From an uncultured bacterium (lineage in GTDB: Bacteria; Acidobacteriota; HRBIN11; JAKEFK01): a stretch of DNA of 64,000 nt. The first letter of the stretch is position 1; each line of letters begins with the position of its first letter. Both the position numbers and the translations under genes were made by a program. Shown here in pieces: positions 28,477-38,324 of the stretch. Below the pieces are notes generated by a model. That model saw only the letters and a program-made list of their open reading frames with translations, ran no database searches and was not told the origin of the DNA. The DNA is taken from assembly GCA_963777505.1 (NCBI GenBank), contig CAVZQN010000004.1:1312001-1376000 (forward strand). Reading direction: 5' to 3'.

Positions 28477-30207
28477 CTATAAATCAATGATGCCGTATTG
28501 AAGTTCGTGGAATTTGCGATACAGCCCTTTAGAGTCCAGTAAATCTTCATGAGTACCGATTTCCTGAATCTGTCCATGTTCAAGCACGATAATTTTATCA
28601 GCTTTACGGATTGTGGAAAGCCGATGGGCAACAATGAAGGTAATTCGATTCTTAAGTAGATTTTCCAAGGCTTTTTGTATTGCGATTTCGGATTCAGCAT
28701 CCAATTCTGAGGTTGCTTCATCCAGGATCAAAATTGCAGGATTGCGCAAAATTGCGCGAGCCAGAGCGATCCGCTGCCGCTGTCCTCCTGAGAGACGATG
28801 GCCGCGCTCACCGATTTCGGTTGAATAACCTTTGGGTAGAAGCGAAATGAAATCATGTGCGTATGCAGCGCGTGCTGCTTCCTCAATCTCTTCCTGGATT
28901 GCTTCTGGTTGGCCGCAGGCAATATTCGCCGCTACCGTATCGTCAAACAAAATAATTTCTTGAGAGACGAGTCCGATTTGGGAGCGCAATGAATCTAAGG
29001 TGCCCTCTCTTAAATCATGTCCATCCACTCGAATCGAACCGGAGGAAACGTCATAGAGACGCGGAATGAGATTCACAAGAGTTGATTTTCCTGCACCGCT
29101 GGGTCCAACAAGCGCGATGACTTCGCCGGCCTGAACAGTAAAATCAATCCCTGTGAGCACAGGTTCATCTAAATAGCGGAATGAAACATCACGGAATTCA
29201 ATGATGTTGCTGACGCGTGGCAACTCAACAGCATTGGGTTGCTCAATAATCCGTTCGTTACGATTCAGCACCGCCTGAATCCGTTCATAACTTGCAACAG
29301 CTTGCTGAATTGTTTGATTCGATTTGCTCAGTTTCTTAATCGGTGTATACATGAAAAAAAGCGCTGACAGGAATGCAGTAAAGTCTCCAGCTGTTAGCGT
29401 TCCGGCCTGAATTTGACGGCTGCCGTACCACATGACTAACACCGCTGCGACGCCGCTCAATAATTCCATAAAGGGCGATAAGAAAGACACAATTCGCGAG
29501 GATCGAAGTCCTTCCTCAAGAAGCTTTTGGCTCGTTTGTTCAAACTTTTTTGCTTCCCGATCTTCCATCTGATATGCCTGAACGATTCGTGATCCGGTAA
29601 TCGATTCAAAGAGGATTTGAGAAAGACGGCTGATACTTTCCTGAGATTTTCTGCTTGCGTGGCGGAGCCGGCTCGAGAATCGCGTAATGGGATATACAAC
29701 AACTGGAAATAGTGTGAAAGAGATAAGCGCTAGTTTCCAATCTAGGTAAAAAATTACAATTAGAAGTCCCGCCAATGTGAAGGTTTCTTTAACAAGGTCG
29801 CTTAACGCTTTCGAAACAGCATCTTGAATGCGATCGGTATCGCTGATTACACGTGCTGTAAGGTCTCCTGTTTTTTCAGCTGAGAAGAAGGTGAGCGATT
29901 GATACATGATGTGGCTGTAAAGTTTGTTCCTCAGATTCCGGACAATCTTTAGCCCGATTGAAGTCATCAAATATGAAGAGAGGAATGAAAAAATGCCTTT
30001 TCCTGCGTAGAAAAAAATCAGCAGAATTGAAACACGGAAAAGTGCATCAGGCTTTGTTTGAATCAAAACGTCATCAAGGATTTGCTTAACAAGCAAGGTC
30101 AATTGAGCTGTGAAGATTGCGACAGCAATCATGCTGATTACTGCCAGTATCCATTCTTTGCGATATGGCTTTATCTGCGCAATCAGCGTCTTGATGGTTG
30201 GATTCAT
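28477..30207 (-). CDS. msbA: MsbA-like ABC exporter (fused permease/ATPase)
   Basis: Six-TM domain; GPSGAGKST, LSGGQRQR, ILDEATS, AHRLSTI. Confidence 0.75.
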   Translation of the reverse strand: MNPTIKTLIAQIKPYRKEWILAVISMIAVAIFTAQLTLLVKQILDDVLIQTKPDALFRVSILLIFFYAGKGIFSFLSSYLMTSIGLKIVRNLRNKLYSHIMYQSLTFFSAEKTGDLTARVISDTDRIQDAVSKALSDLVKETFTLAGLLIVIFYLDWKLALISFTLFPVVVYPITRFSSRLRHASRKSQESISRLSQILFESITGSRIVQAYQMEDREAKKFEQTSQKLLEEGLRSSRIVSFLSPFMELLSGVAAVLVMWYGSRQIQAGTLTAGDFTAFLSALFFMYTPIKKLSKSNQTIQQAVASYERIQAVLNRNERIIEQPNAVELPRVSNIIEFRDVSFRYLDEPVLTGIDFTVQAGEVIALVGPSGAGKSTLVNLIPRLYDVSSGSIRVDGHDLREGTLDSLRSQIGLVSQEIILFDDTVAANIACGQPEAIQEEIEEAARAAYAHDFISLLPKGYSTEIGERGHRLSGGQRQRIALARAILRNPAILILDEATSELDAESEIAIQKALENLLKNRITFIVAHRLSTIRKADKIIVLEHGQIQEIGTHEDLLDSKGLYRKFHELQYGIIDL

Positions 30208-30254
30208 GCGCTTATCATACTATTAACCGCAGAGACGCAGTGACGATGCCTGAA

Positions 30255-32213
30255 TTACTGTTTGTGCTGCGAGAGGAGTTGCTGAATCTCCGGCTGACTT
30301 GAATCCAGAGCGAGTGATTTTTCCCAAAATTCAACAGCACTCTGTTTGTTTCCGAGTTGCAATTCGGCAGTGGCAAGAGTATTGAGCAGATCGGTTGTGT
30401 AGAATCCAAGCTCCATCGCCTTCTTCAACATTCCGGAAGCTTTTTGCGCATCTTTTTGTTCGAGAGACCACTTGCCTATGTAGTAATAAGCTTCACTGTC
30501 AGATGGCGCTTCTTGAGCTAACTTTTCATAGGCAGAGATTGCTTCGGGAATGTTTCCTTTCGCTTTTTCGATACGGGCTAATAATCCACGCGCGACATAA
30601 GAGTTTGGCGCAAGATCGATAGCAATTCGAGCATGGCGTACTGCAGACTCCAGATCGTTCCGCAAGAAATATTGCAGCGAAAGATTTGTATGCAGCGCTT
30701 CAGGAGGATTTGCTGATTGAGCCTGAATTCTTAGTCTGCCTAACATTTCTTCATTTGTATTGATACGAACAGGGGTCTCGCCTTCGATGGCTACCTCGCC
30801 CCGTGAAAGGCGCATGTATGCAGTGTAAGCGCCGGGAACCAGCGATTGAAGACGGATCAATCGTCCGATATCTTGTTCAGCTCTTTGGGAAACTAAAACC
30901 GATTCACTCAGCTCCAGTACGTTCTGATTTTCCTTCTTAAGGCCAAATTTTAGATCCCATGTCCCGGCGATGTTTTCTCCTTTCGGATTCAACATCTTTG
31001 TATAAAGGATGAGGACTTGATTAACGCTTAAGGTCAAATTTTCTTTGGGTGAAAACTGCTGATTCGCGTAAAGAAATGGCTTGTCACCTGGCTCAACCTG
31101 GCTGACTTTAAAGGAAATTAATGGGTCCAAAAGCTCGAGTTCTTCACCAGGTGCTTTTACTTCGAAAGTGCGTTCCAAATTCCCTGCGCTATTGGAAGCA
31201 TAATCGCGGAACACAGAGTTCAACGTGTACTTTCCGGGAAGCAGATAAGTGTCGAATGTATAGCAGAAGTAAAATGCTTTTGCTTTTGCAAATTCAGCTT
31301 CTTGCATTCTCAAAGCAGGACTGTCATTAATTCGAATAATTTCATTTTTCTTTTCATCAACGATGCTTCCGATTAAATCAACACGGCCTTGATACAACGT
31401 TTCCGATTTTTCAAATGTGACGTACTTCGGCGGGATCGCAATAGCAATGCTCGTCCGTAATACACCATCCCTGTGAGGAACCGAGTAAGTCGTTACATCA
31501 GCTTCAAAGCCTTCATACACAACGGTGGTTTCAACTGTTGGGCGCTTCTTTTCTATGCGGCGGATGGCTCCAGGATCTTGTAATGTCGCGCGGACGATCT
31601 CAGATTCATTTGGACTTGAACCTACTGAAAGTCTTTCTGCCGCTTCAACAATTTGCGGATCGAAAAGGGTCTTCATCTGAGAACGCGTCCTCGGATTATC
31701 GAAATCCATCGATGACGGAGTTAGCGATTTCATTCCATCAAACAAAGGACTATAGAGACGAAAATCCCCAGCGCCGTGACGCTTAAAGAAAATAAGTTCC
31801 AGTGAAGGCGGAAGTCCTGGATATCCAAGACTGTAATATGACCAGAGTTCCAGCGGAAAGTATTTGTCTGAATTGTGATGGCCTTCCACTGAGTTCGGTT
31901 TTCCAAGCAGAAGATAAATTTTTGCCCGGTCAGATGGAATGCGGTAATGCTTTTTCGCATACTCAAATCGCTTCATGTATTCCTTCTGATATTCGTTTTC
32001 TGGCGTAATTGGGTTTGGATCAAGCGCCGACCATAAGTTCCGTATATAGAGCTCTTTTTGAACATCGCTCATAGCACGGAATTTTTCCTTCTCTTGTTCG
32101 GAAAGCAGATAGTACCCTTCGTTCTTGAGCCATAGATCATATTGACCTTGGGCAATTAAAAGTCCTGGGACAACAAGCAGAAGTAAGACGAGTAATTTGA
32201 ATAATAATTTCAT
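30255..32213 (-). CDS. Exported GWxTD-domain-like protein with C-terminal TPRs
   Basis: Signal peptide; WL..E..YL....EKE.F, W...DPNPITPENEY..EY..R..YA, SDRAKIYLLLGKP, ELW.Y; TPR tail. Confidence 0.75.
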   Translation of the reverse strand: MKLLFKLLVLLLLVVPGLLIAQGQYDLWLKNEGYYLLSEQEKEKFRAMSDVQKELYIRNLWSALDPNPITPENEYQKEYMKRFEYAKKHYRIPSDRAKIYLLLGKPNSVEGHHNSDKYFPLELWSYYSLGYPGLPPSLELIFFKRHGAGDFRLYSPLFDGMKSLTPSSMDFDNPRTRSQMKTLFDPQIVEAAERLSVGSSPNESEIVRATLQDPGAIRRIEKKRPTVETTVVYEGFEADVTTYSVPHRDGVLRTSIAIAIPPKYVTFEKSETLYQGRVDLIGSIVDEKKNEIIRINDSPALRMQEAEFAKAKAFYFCYTFDTYLLPGKYTLNSVFRDYASNSAGNLERTFEVKAPGEELELLDPLISFKVSQVEPGDKPFLYANQQFSPKENLTLSVNQVLILYTKMLNPKGENIAGTWDLKFGLKKENQNVLELSESVLVSQRAEQDIGRLIRLQSLVPGAYTAYMRLSRGEVAIEGETPVRINTNEEMLGRLRIQAQSANPPEALHTNLSLQYFLRNDLESAVRHARIAIDLAPNSYVARGLLARIEKAKGNIPEAISAYEKLAQEAPSDSEAYYYIGKWSLEQKDAQKASGMLKKAMELGFYTTDLLNTLATAELQLGNKQSAVEFWEKSLALDSSQPEIQQLLSQHKQ

Positions 32214-32337
32214 GTTCTTTATCAATCAGACGCGCATAAGCGCGTGTTGGTTTTGTTCCGGCAGATTATAGACCCGCCCCTAAAATCTAACAATGCTTGT
32301 TTGTATTGGCAATGGCCTTTGTGTTAATGTGCACGGC

Positions 32338-33426
32338 ATGCTTCCGTGGCTTGCTTTAAATATGGTAGAGGGTTTGCGTTCAGCACAACGGGCTGCTTTG
32401 CTCAACGCATTTGAAACTCCCGACAATGTTTTTCGGCGGTCGGAAATGGAATTGCGCTCTATCCGCGATATCAAAGCGGAGGTGGCCCATCGTATTACTC
32501 ATTTTGATATGAGAGATGCTGAACGGGAACTAAAGGCGGCCGAACGAGCGGGCATCACTGTACTTTGTTTATCTGATGATTCGATGCCTATCCTATTGAA
32601 ATCGATTCCCGATCCACCCCTGGTCCTATATATACGAGGGGAGATCAGGCCTGAAGAACTTTGCATTGCTTTGGTAGGTTCAAGAAAAGCAACTACGTAT
32701 GGTTTGAATGTTACTCATGCCCTGGCAAGAGATCTTGCGAATGCAGGATTGACAGTTGTGAGCGGACTTGCGCGGGGAGTCGATGCGAGAGCACATTCGA
32801 CAGTTCTCGAAGAAGGAGGACGTACAATTGCGATTCTCGGCAGCGGTGTCGATGTCGTCTATCCTTCGGAACATCGTTCACTTGCTGATCGAATTGCCGC
32901 TTCAGGAGCACTTATATCAGAGTTCCCTTTAGGTACTCCGCCGAATCGAGAAAATTTTCCCGTACGTAACAGAATTATTAGTGGACTCTCAGTGGCAGTT
33001 GTCGTTGTTGAGGCTTCCCGTAAAAGCGGATCGCTGATCACTGCTCGAATGGCGGCTGAACAAGGAAGGGAAGTCATGGCAGTTCCAGGAAGTATTTTTA
33101 ATGAGTCGAGCCAAGGATGTCATGCATTGATTAAGGATGGAGCGGCATTAATTGAAAGTTGGAGTGATGTTATTGCAGCACTCCCGGAAGAAATCGCAAA
33201 AAGTCTTTCTTTGCCTTCTGGCATAAATGAAACGTCCTCGGAAGACTTGACGGAAACCGAAAAGAGTATTATTGCCTTATTATCATTTGATCAGCCAAAA
33301 CATATTGATCAACTCGCAGGACTCGCGGGGATTCGGCCTCAGGAGCTGCTTGGAACTTTAGTCGATTTAGAACTAAAGAGTCTGGTCAGCCAAATGCCAG
33401 GTAAACATTTTGTCCGGCTGAGATAA
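32338..33426 (+). CDS. dprA: DNA-processing protein DprA (start uncertain)
   Basis: DPP..LY.RG, VGSRKATTYG, VSGLARGVD..AH, F..RNRIISGLS, SGSLITA..A.EQGREV.AVPG. Confidence 0.95.
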   Translation: MLPWLALNMVEGLRSAQRAALLNAFETPDNVFRRSEMELRSIRDIKAEVAHRITHFDMRDAERELKAAERAGITVLCLSDDSMPILLKSIPDPPLVLYIRGEIRPEELCIALVGSRKATTYGLNVTHALARDLANAGLTVVSGLARGVDARAHSTVLEEGGRTIAILGSGVDVVYPSEHRSLADRIAASGALISEFPLGTPPNRENFPVRNRIISGLSVAVVVVEASRKSGSLITARMAAEQGREVMAVPGSIFNESSQGCHALIKDGAALIESWSDVIAALPEEIAKSLSLPSGINETSSEDLTETEKSIIALLSFDQPKHIDQLAGLAGIRPQELLGTLVDLELKSLVSQMPGKHFVRLR

Positions 33427-33487
33427 GGAGAAAATAACGGAACAGGATTGACAGCTTTGCTTAAATACCTGTGGTTGAGGAAAACAA

Positions 33488-35893
33488 ATGGCGAAATCTC
33501 TAGTGGTCGTGGAATCACCAGCGAAAGCAAAGACCATCAATAAATATTTAGGATCGGACTATCTCGTAAAGGCCTGTCTCGGTCATATTAAAGACCTTCC
33601 TAAATCTAAATTAGGGGTCGATGAAGAAAATAATTTCGAACCGCAATACACAATTATTCGAGGAAAGACAGATCTTGTTAAAGAACTGAAGAAAGCGGCA
33701 TCGAAAGCGAAGAACATTTATCTTGCGGCTGATCCGGACCGTGAAGGCGAGGCTATCAGTTTTCATCTCTCCGAAGAACTCGGAAATGGCAAACCTATTC
33801 ATCGCATTATTTTGAATGAAATTACGAAGGATGAAGTTCGGAAAGCATTTGAAAATCCAACACAAATTGATCAAAAGAAAGTTCAAGCTCAGCAAGCTCG
33901 CAGAATATTAGACAGACTTGTCGGCTATAAGATCTCACCTTTACTCTGGCAAAAAGTGAAACGAGGACTCAGTGCGGGTAGAGTGCAATCAATTGCACTT
34001 CGATTGATCTGTGACCGTGAGAAAGAAATTCAAGCTTTTGTGCCGGTAGAATATTGGATTCTTACCGCGTTTTTGGAAGGTTCAGAGCCCCCGATATTTC
34101 CAGCAAAATTAACTCGGCACAACGGAAAGAAAATTGAAGTTTCAAATCAGGAAGCTTCCGATCGAATTTTGTCCGATTTGGATCGTGCACTATTTACCGT
34201 TAAAGATATCGAAAAGAAAGAGCGAAAGCGCAATCCCGCTGCGCCGTTCATCACAAGCAAACTTCAACAGGAAGCTTCACGCAAATTCCGATGGCCCGTT
34301 AGAAAAGTAATGATGGTTGCACAAGGTCTTTATGAAGGAATGGAAGTAGGTGAAGAAGGTGCAGTTGGTTTGATCACATACATGCGTACGGATTCGGTTC
34401 GCATTTCGCAAAGCGCATTACAAGAAGCGCGAAAATTTGTTGCGGATGAGTATGGCGCCGACTTTCTTCCGGATCAACCAAACTTTTACAAAAACAAAAA
34501 ATCGGTTCAGGATGCACATGAAGCGATCCGTCCAACTTCAGTAGCTCGCACACCTGAATCGGTCCAACAATATTTAGGCCGCGATGAGTTTAAGCTCTAT
34601 ACATTGATATGGAATCGATTTGTCGCTTCTCAAATGAAGCCTGCACTGTTTGATGAAACCATCATTACAGTTGAAGCAGCAAAATATGAATTTGAAGCAA
34701 GCGGACAAGTCATGACTTTTCCTGGATTTATCCGGGTTTATCAGGAAGAAACTTCCGATCAACCTGCATCAACAGAAGAAGGCCCTACATCTCTGCCTGT
34801 CGTTGAGAAAGGGCAAGAACTTCGGCTTGATCGCCTGGAACCAAAACAGAATTTCACGCAGCCACCTCCCCGTTTTACGGAAGCAGCGCTCGTGAAGGAG
34901 CTTGAAGAGAAAGAAATTGGACGTCCTTCAACGTACGCCACGATCCTATCTGTAATTCAGAATCGCAGCTACGTCATTAAGGAAGACAATCGTTTTAAAC
35001 CAACTGATCTTGGATTTTTGGTAACAGATATTTTGGTTCGACATTTCGATGAAATCATGGATTTCAAATACACAGCTCATCTTGAAGATGAGTTGGACGA
35101 AATTGAAGAAGGCAGCAAACAGACTGTTGAAGTATTAAAAGAGTTTTATGGCGATTTCTCACGCGACTTGAAGCGCGCTTATGACGAAATCGGAGAAATC
35201 AAAATAACCGGTGTTCCGGTAGACACGAAATGTCCGCAATGCCAAAGCGCAATGGTGAAACGTTGGGGAAAATTCGGTGCATTTTTAGCCTGCACAAATG
35301 AAGAATGCAAATACACCCAGAATCCTGATGAAAAGCCAGATGAGGCTATGGGTGGTGTTGGAACTGAAACGGAACATACGTGTTTGAAATGTGGGAAATC
35401 ACTTGTAGTAAAAGTGGGTCGATATGGAAAATTCCTTGCCTGCTCCGGCTATCCTGAGTGCAAATTTACTGCAACATTAAACAAGAAGCAGGATGAAGCT
35501 GGATCCGTAGAAGTACCCAACGAAAAATGTCCGCAAGATGGAAGCGAGCTTGTTATAAAGCACGGAAAATATGGACCATTCATAGCTTGTAGTAATTATC
35601 CGGAATGCAAATATATCAAGCCTAAGACTATAGATGTGAAGTGTCCTGAAGATGGCGGCGATCTCGTTGAAAAGCGTACGAAGGGTAGAAAGATATTTTA
35701 TGGTTGTGCTAATTATCCTGAATGTACATTTGCGCTTTGGAATAAGCCAGTTGTCCGCAATTGTCCGGCATGTAATGCGACGTTTATGTTGGAAAAATTC
35801 AGGAAGAATGGCCCCTCTTATCTAGAGTGCAACAATAAAGAATGCAAGTTTCAGATCGAATTGGAACAACAACCAGCCGAAACTGCTCAGTAA
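33488..35893 (+). CDS. topA: DNA topoisomerase I
   Basis: VVESPAKAKTI, DPDREGEAI, SAGRVQS, ITYMRTDS, GRPSTY; C-terminal C4 zinc ribbons. Confidence 0.98.
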   Translation: MAKSLVVVESPAKAKTINKYLGSDYLVKACLGHIKDLPKSKLGVDEENNFEPQYTIIRGKTDLVKELKKAASKAKNIYLAADPDREGEAISFHLSEELGNGKPIHRIILNEITKDEVRKAFENPTQIDQKKVQAQQARRILDRLVGYKISPLLWQKVKRGLSAGRVQSIALRLICDREKEIQAFVPVEYWILTAFLEGSEPPIFPAKLTRHNGKKIEVSNQEASDRILSDLDRALFTVKDIEKKERKRNPAAPFITSKLQQEASRKFRWPVRKVMMVAQGLYEGMEVGEEGAVGLITYMRTDSVRISQSALQEARKFVADEYGADFLPDQPNFYKNKKSVQDAHEAIRPTSVARTPESVQQYLGRDEFKLYTLIWNRFVASQMKPALFDETIITVEAAKYEFEASGQVMTFPGFIRVYQEETSDQPASTEEGPTSLPVVEKGQELRLDRLEPKQNFTQPPPRFTEAALVKELEEKEIGRPSTYATILSVIQNRSYVIKEDNRFKPTDLGFLVTDILVRHFDEIMDFKYTAHLEDELDEIEEGSKQTVEVLKEFYGDFSRDLKRAYDEIGEIKITGVPVDTKCPQCQSAMVKRWGKFGAFLACTNEECKYTQNPDEKPDEAMGGVGTETEHTCLKCGKSLVVKVGRYGKFLACSGYPECKFTATLNKKQDEAGSVEVPNEKCPQDGSELVIKHGKYGPFIACSNYPECKYIKPKTIDVKCPEDGGDLVEKRTKGRKIFYGCANYPECTFALWNKPVVRNCPACNATFMLEKFRKNGPSYLECNNKECKFQIELEQQPAETAQ

Positions 35894-35910
35894 AATCTCT
35901 TTGAGTCTCT

Positions 35911-37248
35911 GTGGTTAACAAAAAGATTCGTGTCATTGGTGGCGGTCTTGCCGGAACAGAAGCGGCGTGGCAGATAGCACGTCATGGTCTGGACGTCGAA
36001 CTTTACGAAATGCGTCCGGTACGCAAAACTCCTGCGCATGTAACAGACAATCTTGCAGAGCTGGTTTGCAGCAATTCATTGAAATCAAATGATACTTTTC
36101 ATGCACCGGGCTTATTAAAAGAAGAGATGCGGATCCTCGATTCGCTTGTCATCAATGCTGCAGATCGTAGCGCAGTGCCCGCAGGGATGTCCCTTTCAGT
36201 AGATCGTGTGGTTTTTGCGCAGAACATTCAATCGAAATTACAGGAACACCCACGGGTGCGGATTGTGCGCGAAGAAATAACATCGATTCCGGAAGATGGA
36301 ATTAACATTGTTGCTACCGGACCTCTTACATCCGAATCGTTAGCTGAGTCGATCAGGCAATTTACGCAGTCTCCGTATCTGTATTATTACGATGCGATTT
36401 CGCCGATAGTGGATTCGGATTCAATCGATCGTTCCATCGTATTTGCTGCATCACGTTATGGAAAAGGGACCGAGGATTATTTGAATTGTCCTCTGACTAA
36501 AGATCAATATGACAGCTTTTACGATGCCGTGATTACAGCAGAAGTTCATCCGATGAAAGAATTTGAAAAGGCTATATTTTTTGAAGGATGTCTGCCCATT
36601 GAAGAGCTGGCCCGAAGAGGAAAAAAAACACTCTGTTTTGGGCCGATGAAACCTGTTGGTTTGACGGATCCTGTGACGCAGCGAAGACCTTTTGCCGTAG
36701 TTCAGCTTCGTCAGGATAACCTTGCAGCATCACACTATAATATGGTGGGATTTCAAACGAGCATGCGGTTTTCTGAACAAGATCGCGTGTTTCGCATGAT
36801 CCCAGGTCTCGAAAAGGCGGAGTTCATTCGCTATGGGTGGATCCACCGGAATACATACCTGAACGCTCCTGCGCTCCTGTTGTCCAGTTATCAAACGAAG
36901 ATAAACCCAGCACTGTTTTTCGCAGGACAACTTTCCGGCGTCGAAGGGTATGTCGATTCTGCTGCATCCGGATTGCTTGCAGGAATCAATGCAGCTCGGG
37001 TTGCGCTTGGACTTCCTGTGAAAGTTCCACCGCCACATACCGCTATGGGCGCATTGGCAAACTATATTGCAAATGCTGATCCGAATCACTTTCAACCCAT
37101 GAATATTACTTTCGGACTTCTTGATGCTCCGGATCTTCAAATCATCAGAGACAAAAAGCAAAAAAAAGAGATGCTTGCAACGCGGGCATTGAATTCTATT
37201 CGGCAATTTGCTGAAGAGATTTCCATTAGCCAACCATCAGTTGTCTGA
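35911..37248 (+). CDS. trmFO: FAD/folate-dependent tRNA m5U54 methyltransferase TrmFO (Gid)
   Basis: GGGLAGTEAAWQ, AELVCSNS, FFEGCLPIE, GPMKPVGL, GVEGY.DSAASG. Confidence 0.96.
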   Translation: MVNKKIRVIGGGLAGTEAAWQIARHGLDVELYEMRPVRKTPAHVTDNLAELVCSNSLKSNDTFHAPGLLKEEMRILDSLVINAADRSAVPAGMSLSVDRVVFAQNIQSKLQEHPRVRIVREEITSIPEDGINIVATGPLTSESLAESIRQFTQSPYLYYYDAISPIVDSDSIDRSIVFAASRYGKGTEDYLNCPLTKDQYDSFYDAVITAEVHPMKEFEKAIFFEGCLPIEELARRGKKTLCFGPMKPVGLTDPVTQRRPFAVVQLRQDNLAASHYNMVGFQTSMRFSEQDRVFRMIPGLEKAEFIRYGWIHRNTYLNAPALLLSSYQTKINPALFFAGQLSGVEGYVDSAASGLLAGINAARVALGLPVKVPPPHTAMGALANYIANADPNHFQPMNITFGLLDAPDLQIIRDKKQKKEMLATRALNSIRQFAEEISISQPSVV

Positions 37249-37283
37249 GTTAGTTTAACGACACTTGTAGTATTATAAATGTC

Positions 37284-38192
37284 GTGAAAAAATACGTTAA
37301 CGAATTCGAATCGCATCTTAGATTCGAAAAACGCTACTCAAACCACACTGTAATTTCCTATCTCAAGGATCTTGAACAGTTCTGCCTTTTTCTTGGGGAA
37401 TATCTTGGGAAGGAGATCGATGAAGATCCATCTGTGCTTCAGAATATAGATCTGCTTGCGGTTCGCGGGTTTATCAATCATTTGTACAGAAAGGGCTTTA
37501 GCAAGTCCAGCATTGGACGGAAACTGGCTTGTCTGCGTTCATTTTTCCGATTCTTGTGCCGCCAAAATTATATGTCGCAGAATTTTGCAAAAGCGATCAA
37601 GAGTCCAAGACTTCCCAAAAAACTGCCTGGCATTCTGCAGATTGATGAAATGAATGGCTTTTTGAATTTTCCTTTTGATGATTCTGTTATCGGCGATCGC
37701 GATCGTGCAATTTTCGAATTATTGTATGCAACAGGAATGCGTGTCAGCGAAATTTCTTCTTTAAAGATGAAAGAAGTAAAAGGCGCTTCGGGCATGCTGA
37801 GAATTACAGGCAAAGGTTCAAAAGAGCGAACAGTCTTTTTCGGTTCTAATGCAACATCCGCCATCAATGACTATTTGGAAAGGCGACATGAGTTGGCACA
37901 AGAGAAAGATACGGAATGGTTGTTTCTAAATACTCATGGAAACCGATTGTCTGAAACAAGAATCAGACAAATTCTGAATCAGTATTTATTGAAATTGGCA
38001 ATGCAGAAGAAAGTCTCACCACACGCCTTCCGGCATAGCTTTGCTACGCATCTCTTGAGTGCCGGAGCCGATTTGCGATGGATTCAGGAACTTCTGGGAC
38101 ATAGCAGCCTCTCCACAACACAAAAATACACACACCTCAACGTCCAACAGCTGCTGGCGACTTACAACCGTGCCCACCCAAGAAAGACTTAA
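37284..38192 (+). CDS. xerC: Tyrosine recombinase XerC
   Basis: RDRAIFELLYATGMRVSE, GKGSKER, HAFRHSFATHLL..GADLR.IQELLGH.SLSTTQKYTH; topA-trmFO-xerC synteny. Confidence 0.9.
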   Translation: MKKYVNEFESHLRFEKRYSNHTVISYLKDLEQFCLFLGEYLGKEIDEDPSVLQNIDLLAVRGFINHLYRKGFSKSSIGRKLACLRSFFRFLCRQNYMSQNFAKAIKSPRLPKKLPGILQIDEMNGFLNFPFDDSVIGDRDRAIFELLYATGMRVSEISSLKMKEVKGASGMLRITGKGSKERTVFFGSNATSAINDYLERRHELAQEKDTEWLFLNTHGNRLSETRIRQILNQYLLKLAMQKKVSPHAFRHSFATHLLSAGADLRWIQELLGHSSLSTTQKYTHLNVQQLLATYNRAHPRKT

Positions 38193-38226
38193 CCGCAAAG
38201 ACGCAAAGCTTTGTGTCTCTGCGGTT
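38191..38226. repeat. AACCGCARAG-family hairpin repeat (other copies at 28451, 30225, 35897, 52906, 57977)
   Basis: AACCGCAAAGACGCAAAG paired with CTTTGTGTCTCTGCGGTT. Confidence 0.75.
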
Positions 38227-38235
38227 GTAGTGCTA

Positions 38236-38264
38236 TTGACATAGTGCTACGTGGGTTGTATGAT
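38236..38264 (+). promoter_or_regulatory. sigma70 promoter of the amidase gene
   Basis: TTGACA-17 nt-TATGAT. Confidence 0.7.
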
Positions 38265-38324
38265 CGAAACCATTGAATACATTGAGGTAAGCTCCGTCTA
38301 GACCTAAAAAAGGCTGCGGAGTGT

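Noticed and set aside
37284-38192. Prophage or island integrase
   Set aside because: The dprA-topA-trmFO-xerC context and size indicate housekeeping XerC; no att sites or mobile cargo seen
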